NCBI GenBank assembly: GCA_009602725.1
Contig: WELB01000005.1
Coordinates: 893,323-957,322, forward strand
DNA length: 64,000 nucleotides
Direction of reading: 5' to 3'
Source of the DNA: Spirogloea muscicola
Taxonomy: Eukaryota
Part shown: positions 37,557-48,443 of the stretch, one piece after another
How the letters are laid out: each line of letters opens with the position of its first letter
How positions within the stretch are numbered: the stretch's first letter is position 1
Made by a program: the position numbers and the translations under genes
Notes under the pieces: model-generated
Told to the model about the DNA's origin: nothing
Seen by the model: the letters and a program-made list of their open reading frames with translations, nothing else
The model's database searches: none

Positions 37557-37879
37557 GAGCAGCGGGGGCGGTGCGGCACAGCAGAGCAACTCGTCGCGAC
37601 GTTACCGTTTGCGGCACCTGGCCAGGTGGGCGTGGACGCGTGCCGCGCCGCGTCGGGCCCCTGGCGCCCGCACAAGCCGGGGCGGGGGAGCCGCCGGCAG
37701 ATCTCCCCCGTCTCGGTTACCAGATCCGGTGGCCCCCCCGCCCGATTGTTCTCTCCCCGCAGTGTGGCTTTGCTGGGGTGGCTGTCGGCCCCGCTCCCTT
37801 ACCTTTTTTGCCCCCCCTCAACGAAGCGAAGGGCGTCGCGTTGTGTAGCCCCGTTCCTCTGCTTCAATCCTCCGCCTGA

Positions 37880-38475
37880 ATAGCGTACTGGCTTGGGCTT
37901 GGCACCGCGCGCCTTCTCTTCTCCCTCTGCCTGAGCAATGCTTTTTGGCTTGGATTGGCCTCCCTTAAATCTCATGCGTAACGCGCGCCTTCTTTCTCCT
38001 GCCGTCCGATGAGAGGGTGCCGCTGGCGCCCCGAGGCGCATGGACGAGGAGGCCTTCGTTTTTGGGCTTTTTTTTGGCTTTTCCAGGCCCTATCCTTAAT
38101 GGGCGAGCCCTTTCTTCCAGAAGGGGGCGATAGTGAAAAAGGGCGCGGAGTCGCTCACCGTTGTGGTTGAGGTTGAAGAAATTGCGGCAGCCGGTCGATG
38201 GCGGGCCCTTGCCCTTCATAGAAATTAGGCGCGCGCGGTGCACATGAATAGAAAGGGAGGCCGAGCCAACAAGCCAGTACACTGTTGTGTGGATAGAAGG
38301 CGCGCGGTGCGCATGAAACAAAAGGGTAGCCATTTCAAGCCAATACATTCTTCAGGCAAAAGCTGCCAAAAGTGGAGCTACATGAGACGAAGCCCTGTGT
38401 GATTAGAAGGAGCTTAAAGTGGCTGACCGGGGTCGGCCCAGCGAGGCGCGCCGTGCGTATTGCATGTCAAGTGAG
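37880..38475. repeat. Array of retrotransposon terminal-motif copies in both orientations upstream of the receptor kinase
   Basis: Variants of GGCCTCCCTT..ATTTCATGCGCACCGCGCGCCTTCT at ~37890-37920, ~37958-37995, ~38228-38265, ~38297-38335 and ~38444-38478. Confidence 0.7.
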
Positions 38476-38787
38476 GCCAAATCAAGCCAATACACCCTAA
38501 CGGTGGGCGAGGCCCCTCCGTCGCTGGCGCCAGGTGCGCCGGGGAGACGTCGCTTCCACCGGCCCTGGCCGGCTAGGGACGGCAGGTTGGCTCCGCTCTG
38601 CTCCCCCCGGCCCCCGCGCCCCCATAACCCTAGTGGCCGCCGCCGCCGCCGCCGCCGCCCTTGCGGCCCGCTCGAGGCCGCAGCCCGCCGGCTCTCGCGA
38701 CGCGCAGCGTGGAGGGAGCGCCGCAAGCGCGGTCGGGGCGCGGCCCACGCGGCTGCAGGCCGCTGCCGCCGCCCGCGCCTCCGCGGG

Positions 38788-41700
38788 ATGGCTCGCAAGT
38801 GGCCGCCGACGCTCGCCTCGGCTGCTGTGGCTGTGGCGAGCATCGTCGCTGCGGCGCTGGAACAGCCGACGAACCCGCCAGGTCTGCCACACTGGCACGG
38901 CTTCGTGGCATTGGCGGGCCATGGCGGGCTGCACGTCCACAGTGATGAGCACATCACTGAGGCATCATCAGGGCCACGTGCTGCGCTTCAGTCTTCTGAC
39001 CAGCAGCCTTGTGAAGGTAGCTCATATCCCCATCACGGTGGCTCACGAATGTGCAGGCTTCATCAGCATAGACTGCGGCCACGATTCGGGCAACTACCCT
39101 GTGGGCAACATCATTTGGCTAGATGATCAGGACTACACCGGTGGAACGATTGGGCCTCTTATCAAGACGCCCACTGACCAGGCGTTCATGGAAGCCACAA
39201 TACGTATCTTCCCAAGTGGCATAAAGGGCTGCTACAATATCCCCATCACTGAGCCCACTCGCTACTATGTGCGGCTCACCCATTGGTACTACGACTATGA
39301 CTCTCTGGGCGCGCCTCCAATCTTCAACATTTCTCTTGGGAACACGTTTGTCTACCAGAATGTCATGGACGACGTATCTATCAACACGCTAGAGTTCATA
39401 TACAATGCGAACACGTCAGTGTACATCTGTCTGCTGAAGGTGTGCATAAGCTGCTGTGTTGATCACAACGTTTTGACTTGCCCTCCGTTCTGTCTCTCAG
39501 ACAAGAGTGCATGCATCCTTACACTGACATTGCTGTAGAAAGGCTGTGCTAAAGAACGTGTAAGGTGTCCCTCACAATCTCTAGACTTCAGGGCAACAGT
39601 GACAGAGCCAAGACTCACAGACAGAATTACGTGACTGCCTGGCTATTGTTGGAGTGTCTGGGAAACTGTTAGGTCATTGTGTCATTGTTGCTTCTCCCAT
39701 GTTGAGTGCGTCATGGAGCCCTAGAGTGCTCATCTGATGTCAGTCGCTTGCCTCTCTTCAGGTCAAAGAAGTTCCTGTCATCAGTGGTCTTGAGCTTCGC
39801 AACCTCACTTCTGCGAGCTACAACAATTCCGCTTACAGTGACCAGATACTCTCCATGTGGTTTCGCTTGAATTGCGGGTCTGATATTTCCGATTCCAGTG
39901 GGGACGTCAAATATCCAAGTGACCCTCTGGATCGTATTTGGAGTCCCGATGCCTCACAATATGGGAACATCGACATCGAGCCAGCGGACAAGCTCGTTGC
40001 TTTGCATATTGCAAAGAACCTTACGGGCACTTTTGGCCCTCCAGACGAGATTCCAGCGTTTATCATCAACACTGCGCGCTCTGTGGCTGAACCAGGCCAA
40101 AGCCTTAATTACACCTTCAATGATTTGAGCTCTCCTGCAACCTACATCATATACCTCTACTTTGCCGAGATTGAGGAGGGGATTGTTGCTGGTTCGCGCA
40201 TCTTTGATGTACGGCTTAATGGGCAGACGGTGGCTAGTAAGTTGTTCTCATACGATGGCCCTCTTCTTCCCAGCAAGTCTGCAGCAGGAAGGCTTCTCTG
40301 AATACTCGCCCCTCAATGTTGCAGATGCCTTGACTAAACCCAGACCCTTGGCAATGAAAAACCGGTGCAATGCTATCCACACAAATTTACATCTTGTTCG
40401 ACATGCTGGTCTGCATTGATTCTAAACTACTGGTCCTGAACAGTAAGTAGCCTTGTACTCGGTCAGGTGGCGTGGACATCTATGCTAGGGTGGGGAAGAA
40501 CAGGCTGCTTTCCCTGTCTTTCACGGTCAGACTTGAGGAGCTCATGTTCATTGTCCTGGAGCTCAAACCCGTAGGGAAGTCGAAGCCTGTGATCAGTGGC
40601 ATTGACCTTGAACAGCTTGTCCCTTTGGCCAATACTACAAGCTCTTCAGATGGTATGACTTAGCGTGCTTTTTGATTCACTCTTGCAAGTTGGACTAGCC
40701 TCGCATTGCACAATTGTTCTTGCGGTAGATAAGCGCGCGCAGCTCTGCAGCAGTCACACCCTAGGTTGATGTGCATGAAGGTATCAACGACTTGGAGACA
40801 ATGCTTGTAGTTTGTCGCACCTGGACCAACCTTCTTGACCTGAAGTTGCCAGCTTGGCTGACCGTTCTACATTGACGGCATCAGAAGAGAGAAGAGCATG
40901 AGGGATTAGTTGCTGAAGCTTGTACTTGGACTCTTATCTCATGCAGCACAAGCGCTTCAGGATGCATATATCGCTTGGAGTAAGCCTGCACAATTGCAAG
41001 ACTGGATGGGGGATCCATGTGAACCTTATCCCTGGTCGGGCGTTTCTTGCAACTTCAGCACGACTCCTTATAGCGTCGATGGCCTGTGAGTTCAGCCGTT
41101 TGTTGCCAGGCCCTTCGCCATAGTAGCTACTAAGCCAAGCTTTGCAGCTTTGCACTGGTGCTTCTGGTGCCAGCTTTGTCTTCTGGATCAAGTCACTAGT
41201 CGAGGACCTCCGACATCTCAATATAGGAGGGGTTTGCTACCTATGGAGGTAGCAATAGCAAATGCTTCAGCCCTGACTTTTATATTCTTGGACGCAATAC
41301 AGCAATCTCAGCAGCTACAATCTAAGCGGCGGTGTTCCACCTGCACTTGTAAATTTGACTCAGCTGAAGAGCCTGTGAGTTTTCCACCACACATGGTTTC
41401 TCACGGTCTTAGAGCTACTACGTCCTTAAGCAGTCGGTGATGTATCAATCAAGCAATTCATGCTTCTGCCAAGCTATGCTTTGCTTCATATACAGCAGGC
41501 AAGTACCGCATGTGCAAATAGCTGCATCTAGTCCTATCTTTTGACCTATACTTATACCTGAATGTTGGTATGTCAGCTCTCTTGATAACAACTACCTCAC
41601 TGGACCTATTCCCGGAGCTATTGGTAGCTTACCACAGCTGAAGACTCTGTAAGCTGAAGCTGGGCTCCCTGCTTAGGCTCTAGTTTGCCCATCACACTCA

Positions 41701-44700
41701 TTTTTCAGGGTTTGTTGAATGAGTTGTTGTCAAGGCGTTCTAGGTGGTGGCTCCGCATACTCATCAGGAAGCTTCAATCTTTAGGAGCTAAGCAGAAGCT
41801 AGGCAAGCCGGAATCTATGTCTGCAGATACAAGCTTGACTCCAGACTTTCTTATGTTATGTTTTGGCAATATGCAGCGAGCTGCAAAATAATGCCTTGAG
41901 TGGCTCAGTCCCTCCGGAGCTCTTCACTTCAAAAAGCTTGACAAGAATGTGAGTGGGAAGAGGTCTAGGAAGACTGTAGCAGTCACACTGGCAATGATCT
42001 TGATTAGCTGGCAGATTCTTCCAGTTTTCTGTGTGGTCATCAAAGCTGTTGCTGATGTCAGGCATTATGGTGCTCACTTTCAATTCATTGTTGATTTCAC
42101 GATGCAGAGATCTCAGCAACAACCGCCTCAATGGCTCAGTCACAAATAGGAGCAATCCTGGTGTCACTATCTTGTAAGCACTAAAGCGACCTCCACTGTC
42201 CAATACGTGATGCACGTGCATGTATGATAATAGTGTCACCTCATAACTGCTATCCTGCAAGTTTGTCATTCTACTAGTTCAATATTCTTGACATTTTGGA
42301 ACTTGATCGTCATCCAGGCTCGATGGAAATGCTGGGCTTTGCTCGACAGTGGCAGGATACAACCTGCAGAATTGCAGTGCCACACCTTCTGGAAGTCCTC
42401 CCACGGTGGCACCAACCAGCAGCAAGAGCAGTAACACCGCTGTCATCGCAGGAGTAGTATGTGGTGGCCTTGCTGTATTTGCTATCCTCTGTGGAGCCAT
42501 CATCGTCTGGCTTCTTCGTACAAAGAAGAATCGCAACATGTCGAGTGTCATTGGATCGTCATCTCCCGGCACAAGTACACTCTTTGGATCCAATCTCCTG
42601 GATGCTGTTGTTCCTCATGGCTCGAGTATCTTGATGATGAGGAAGTTGACTTGGAGTGGAATGCGTTTGCAGGCTGACAGCTTGGTTGTATACGCTGTTG
42701 AATCGTGGTTGACAGTCAATGCGATATCTTGCATGAAATTTTTCATCTCTCTGCTCTTTGCTCCTGTACTTTGCATGAATTGCTCTCTGATATCCAACAT
42801 ACCTCAGTGAAGCTAGCTCAGGATAGAGTGCTCATGCCATGTTAATCAATCCTCACTAGCATTACATATTACTGACTAAGTTGTCGTGCTGTGCCAATCC
42901 ATCCCTGCAACAGCTGAATGGGAGAAGCCCAAGGAAGGCATTGTCATTCCCAATGGGCCTGGGGGTATGATCGCTGCCGTCAAGGGTGGTCACATGGCGC
43001 GCCAATTCTGCCTTGAGGAGATGAATGTGGCGGCAGGAGGTTTCATGCCAATCAATCAAATAGGAGTTGGTGGATTTGGAGGCGTCTGGAAAGGCACTCT
43101 CCCAGATGGCACTGTGGTTGCCATTAAGAAACGGTCTGGCAACTCTATGCAAGGCCAGCGGGAGTTCTACAATGAGGTAGGTATTGTGAGTTCTGAGCTA
43201 CTAATCTAATCTCTGCACCAATTGTGCAGATGAAAAATCTCATGCATGCTGACAGTGAGGACCTGACAGCAATTATTGTTTTGCCCCGTGCAGGTGGAGC
43301 TTCTTTCCCGCGTCCATCATAGACATCTGGTGAGCTTGATGGGCTTCTGCAATGAGAATGAACAACAAATTTTGGTCTACGAATACATGTCATTTGGGAC
43401 AGTGCGTGACCATCTGTATGGTAAGTGGGCTTGCTCAGTACTGCAAGGCTGAAATGCTTCTGAGACTTTCCATTGCTTGTCTCCATCTTTATGTGCAATT
43501 ATGCTCATAAGGTTGTTAGTGCAGTCAACTTCAAGATTTACTGGCAGACTAAGGCCACAGATACCCCTGTATCCTTGGCAGATAATGCCAGTAATCCCCT
43601 GGGTCAGTTGGAGTGGAGTCAACGTCTCAACATTGCACTCGGCGCTGCCAAAGGTGTGTCTTGTAGCTGGACCTTTGCTGCCCATATGATGCAACCACTA
43701 ACAGTCTTATGAGGTTCCTGGTGCCTAACAAGTTTGTACCTTTTGGTTGCCATGTCACTAGTGACGATAGTCTGTTGCTGCATTGGCCAGGCATTGAGTA
43801 CCTGCACACTGGGAGCAACCCTTCGATCATTCATCGTGATATCAAGACAAGCAACATCTTATTGGATGACAAGCTGGTTGCTAAGGTCGCTGATTTTGGT
43901 CTGTCAAAGACTGGACCTAATGAAGAAGGTGGACAAACGCATGTCTCCACAATGGTCAAAGGCACCGCTGGCTACCTTGACCCCGAGTAAGCTTCGTATG
44001 CTGTTCCTTATTACTGACTGCAGCTGCCCAGGAACAGCTTATATGTTTGCCGGATTTCCATACGTCCTGAATGATCATTGTCCAGGAGTACTTATGTCAC
44101 AGACCAATGCAGCTGCCAAGAGCAAAACCCATCACATCTCTTGCTTGTTACATATGGATTGTGACTGTACAAGCATGCTCTGCACTGTCACTGACCTCGG
44201 ACACACTTCTGCAGGTACTACACCATCCAGCAGTTGACCGATAAAAGCGATGTCTACAGCTTCGGCGTGGTGCTCCTTGAACTTATTACTGGCCGTGAGC
44301 CCATAAATCTCTACAGGCCTCGTCCGGAGTGGAGTTTGGTGGAATGGGTGAGCTCTCTGAGCGACTGTTCAGATTTGTTGACCCGTATTGATCTCTCCAT
44401 CACACTCACACTCATCACACTCATCACTCTCACTGTTTTGTGCAGGCTCGTCCAAACTTGCAAAGAGGCAATCTCAAGGGCATCGTTGACCCAACACTAG
44501 GAGAGGACTACTCTTTGGAAGCAATGTGGAAGGTAGCAGAAGTAGGCATCATGTGCGTGGAGCCTGTGGGAGACAATCGGCCATCAATGAGCGACGTTGT
44601 GAAGGAGCTCAAAGAAGCTGCCTCTATTGAGCTTGGAGGCAACCGCAGCAGAGGCACCTCTAACGTCACCTTCTCAGACTCGGCAGCTTCTGACCCCGAA

Positions 44701-44724
44701 GTGATTGTTGTGGAGGCGAGGTGA
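38788..44724 (+). CDS. Malectin-like domain / GDPC / LRR receptor-like kinase (LRR-I, SYMRK-related architecture)
   Basis: Signal peptide [69 protein letters not shown]; four LRR exons; [27 protein letters not shown]; kinase [43 protein letters not shown]. Confidence 0.95.
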
Positions 44725-45319
44725 TGAGCCGTCTAGGCATTGAGGTGCACACGTGCTGCATGCCAGGCGCGAGGCCTCACGAACCTCAAAGAGGCAAGAA
44801 GTTGGCCAGTCACCACCTAGGTGGTGGATGCATCCACGGATGGTGCCTACTTTGATGAGCTTGCAGCTTTCGTCTTTGCGGTTCGTGAGACTTCCAGATT
44901 CGCCTAACTGGCAAGATGTATATTATTGCTCTTCATTGTAGTCGCCTCTTTGATGCACTCTCTTGTGCATCAGTACTATGTTCACTCGGCTTCGTTACGG
45001 GGTTCTTAATTTATCAAAATCTTTGCCTCAACACTTGTCAGAAGTTCCCATGGGCTGATGACCTTTGAGAATGCATGATCTGGTCTGCACCTGCTGCACC
45101 ACTCCTTACAAAGGGCTGAATTCTGAAAGGGCAGCAGCGCTATTTCGGTTGGTTACTATCACCCAAGTATAATGGAGACTAGCGGAAGCCTCAATCACGC
45201 AGAGGAAGGTGCGTGGCAAAGCTGGATGCAAAGGCGCAAAGATGGAGCGCCAATTGGGGCTTTGGCGTAGCCCTTAGCAGCCCTCGCCCTGTTCAAGAGC
45301 TGCTTCTACTTCCTCTTTG

Positions 45320-47200
45320 GCGTACTGGGCTACTTTGGTGTCCCTCTCAATTTTCCACGCACCGCGCGTTTTCTCTCTCTCTCGGTGTAGCTGGTTGAAG
45401 CGGCTGACCGAGCAGGGGCCAGGCAGGGGCTGCCGGGCAGCGGCGGGCAGCTACGTGATCTGAGGAGCAGCGCCCATGGAGGGGGGTAGGGCGCAATGGC
45501 AGAAGGACAGCTCTGTCAATGGAAGGTGGCTGTGAGAAGTAAGCTCATCTGAAGGGGGCGAGGGCTGTGAGAGGCCAGCTCAAAGAAAGAAAGAGAATGC
45601 GGCTGCTAAATCAAAAGAGCGGCTGTGAAAAGCCAGCCAGATGCACACATGTGTTCATAACGGAGCCACAGGCTAGGTAGACTAAGCTAGGCTCAAAGGA
45701 GTGAACAAGGTCTGAAAGAAAGGAAAGGACCGGAAGTCGAGTTGGGCCCGCGCGGGGCCTAGGTTGTCGGGCCAGGGCCGCGAGACTTTCAGATCGGAGA
45801 AGCCAGAGAAGAAGATAAAGAGAAAGGTGAACAGTGCACTTGTATGCGGCCAAGCCGAGCCAACTTCTATTTACACAAACAGCGAAGGAATTGCAAAGAT
45901 TGGGACACAGAGGAGGCTCTTCCAGGAGAGTAAGATAGGAGAAAGATGTCTTGCAGACGGGGGCGACAGCTGTGAAGGCCAGCACAAAAGGTACTCCCAA
46001 GGAGATGAGCAGTCTAACAGCCATGGCGTGGCTGTAGCCATCGACGGCCATTGCCACAGCCCCCTTTTGGAAAATTCACGCCTACAAGAAGTAGCTCTTA
46101 TTCAAGAGAGAAGAGAGGCTGCTCTACCAGATAGGGGGAGGGCTATCAGAAGATAGCCCACAGAAAAGGAGGCCAGCCCAAGAAGAAGTAGCAGCTATTC
46201 TGAAGGGAGAGAAGGCGAGCGGAGCGCTTGAAATGAAAGGGAAGCCAGTACATTCTTCAGGCAGAGTCTAGTGCACAGTCCGAAGGAGGCGGAGGGCTGT
46301 GAGGAGAGAGCTCTTCCCAAGATGGAGCGATCGCTTTGAAAGGCCAGCCCAAGCGAGGTGGACGGGGTCGCCGAAGAGAAGCAAGCGCGGCCATATTGAC
46401 TTGTGGCTGGGAGAGGCCAGCCTAAAGGAATGGACAAGGTCCGCCGAAAGGGGCCCGCTAGACAGAGAAGAAGAAGCTCTTCCACCGTAAGCCAGCGGCT
46501 CCGCAAGTGCCGAGTGCAAATGGTGCCCCTAGGAAGTAAAGAAGCAGCTCTCACAAGGAATTTCGTGTATTTGAAACAAACGAAGGCCAAATGACCAAGT
46601 ACAAAGGCAAGCACATCTTAAGACCTACATAACCTACAGTAGATTGACCCGCTCAAAAACCACGGGTCAAAACATAAAGGTCGCTAAGCGATGCCTGGAT
46701 ACTAGATGGCAGATACGAAGCCCTTCTGCCACCAACTAGAGCTCGCCCAGCTTTCTGGTGCAAAGCATCAGCCATGAGCACGCTGCACACAGGCCGAAAC
46801 TCGTCGTCGCAACAACGACAGATAAGCAGCTGAAAGAAGCAGCACTCACAGGTGGGGCGGGGGCTGTGGAAAGAAAGTGGCTCTCCCAATGGGGGCAAGG
46901 GCTGTGAAAAGCCAGCCCTAAAAGTATTGACAAAGGTTCGAAGGGTTTAGCCAGCCAAAAAAAGTCCGGACGAGGTCCAGTACCGGAGTCGGAGAGCAAG
47001 CCCGAGAGAAAGTGGGAACAGCCCAGGAAGAAGCAAGCGCGGCCAGATCAACTGGTGGCTGCGAGTGGCCAGCCCATAGAAATGGACAAGGTCTGAAATC
47101 AGCAAGCGCGGCCAGATTAACCGGTGGCTGGGAGAGGCCAGCCCAAAAGGAATGGATAAGGTATGAAGGAGCCGGAGCTCTAAGGACTGAGACAGCAGCA
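45320..47200 (-). mobile_element. Dense cluster of CRE-like 3'-end/3'UTR fragments
   Basis: Repeated GGCTG(T/G)GA(G/A)A(G/A)GCCAGCC hairpin motif (~45561, 45620, 46405, 46899, 47057, 47126), terminal motif at ~46208-46250, coding relic ALHQKAGRAL...ASLSDLYVLTRGF* at 46653-46770. Confidence 0.75.
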
Positions 47201-47472
47201 AGCGGACTCTCAGTAACCTCTAGTAACCTGAAAGAGGGGAGAGAAAAGGGAAGGAAAACGACAGGCCCAGGAACAGCTCGAGATCAGCCGAGGAAGAGCG
47301 GACACGGGAGGGCACGCGGCGCGAGGGGGCCGCCAGGGGCCCTCGACACTCTGTTTTGGGCTGGCTTTGCCAGCCCCTCTTCTCCATGGGCGAGCACTTT
47401 CTTCCTCGACCGGCTTGCGGCGGCGGCGGGCCACGGAGGACGAAGGAAAGCTCTTCCAACGTGGAAGGCAAT

Positions 47473-47730
47473 GATGGCCCGCGCGCTGCACCTGCGTGCA
47501 GGCAGAGCCCTCGCTGCTGCCTCTGGCACTGGCCAGGGTACCCGCTTCCAGGAACCCAGTCTCTCTGACCCGAGGCTGCTTAGCAGGGGTTACTGAGTGC
47601 TTCGTAGCTGCTTCGTTTCTATTCTGTGCTTGTTGTTCTTCGTACTTCCCCTGGCCCCTTCTCGTCCTTTGTTCTTCTTTTCTGGGCTGGGTTTTTCCAG
47701 CCCCTATCCTCAATGGGCGAGCCCTTCTCT
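47473..47730 (+). mobile_element. CRE-like 3'-end fragment (coding tail + 3'UTR)
   Basis: MARALHLRAGRALAAASGTGQGTRFQEPSLSDPRLLSRGY* then UTR; close inverted homolog of 37140-37400. Confidence 0.87.
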
Positions 47731-48402
47731 CTCAATGATTGTGAGAGGCCATTCCGAAGAAATGTGGCAAGAAGGGGAGGCTCTGCCATGAACAAGGGAA
47801 CAGCTCTCTCAAATCTTCTCAAATGGACAGCCGTTGCTGTGAGAGGCCAGCCCGAAGGACTGTACAAGGTCTATGATAAGCTAGCCCGAAAGTACAAGGC
47901 CTGAAGGGGCCGCAAGGCGCACATGGCAGGATACTCACATTCTCCATGGATGGGGCGCGGCCGACGGTGGCGCTGGTGGGAAGGGGCTGCTGGCTGGCTG
48001 GCTGGTGGCTGGGCAGGCTGGCGGCCGCCGCCCGCCGGGCGCCGCGAGACCCGCCCCCCACACCCCCCCCCCCTCCCCCCCTCTTCCGCGGCCCCGCCAG
48101 TCTGGCGGCGCCGCGCCGAGGCCGGGCGGGACCCGACGTCGCGGCGCGGGGGGAGCTGTCAGGCAACGCGGCTCCGGGCCGGCTCCGTCGCCAACGGCTG
48201 GCAAGGCGGGGCGGCGCCAAATCTGGCGGCAGAGGGGCGGCGCCCGCCAAATCTGGCCGGGCCGCCCGCCCCCCAACCGGCCAACTGGGCTAATACTCGT
48301 CGCCTCCACCCGCCTCCCCCCACCAAACGCGGCGCCGCCGGTGGCCCCACCCTCGTCGCCGCGGCGCTCCGGGCTCTCCGCGGCTGCGGCGGCGGCGGCG
48401 GC

Positions 48403-48443
48403 NNNNNNNNNNNNNNNNNNNNNNNNNNNNNNNNNNNNNNNNN
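48403..48443. other. Assembly gap (N run)
   Basis: Run of N; probably hides the F-box start codon. Confidence 1.

Noticed and set aside
45320..47200. Recurring palindromic repeat as a CRISPR-like array
   Set aside because: Irregular spacing, mixed orientation, degenerate copies and a direct link to retrotransposon 3'UTRs in a eukaryotic context; no cas genes.
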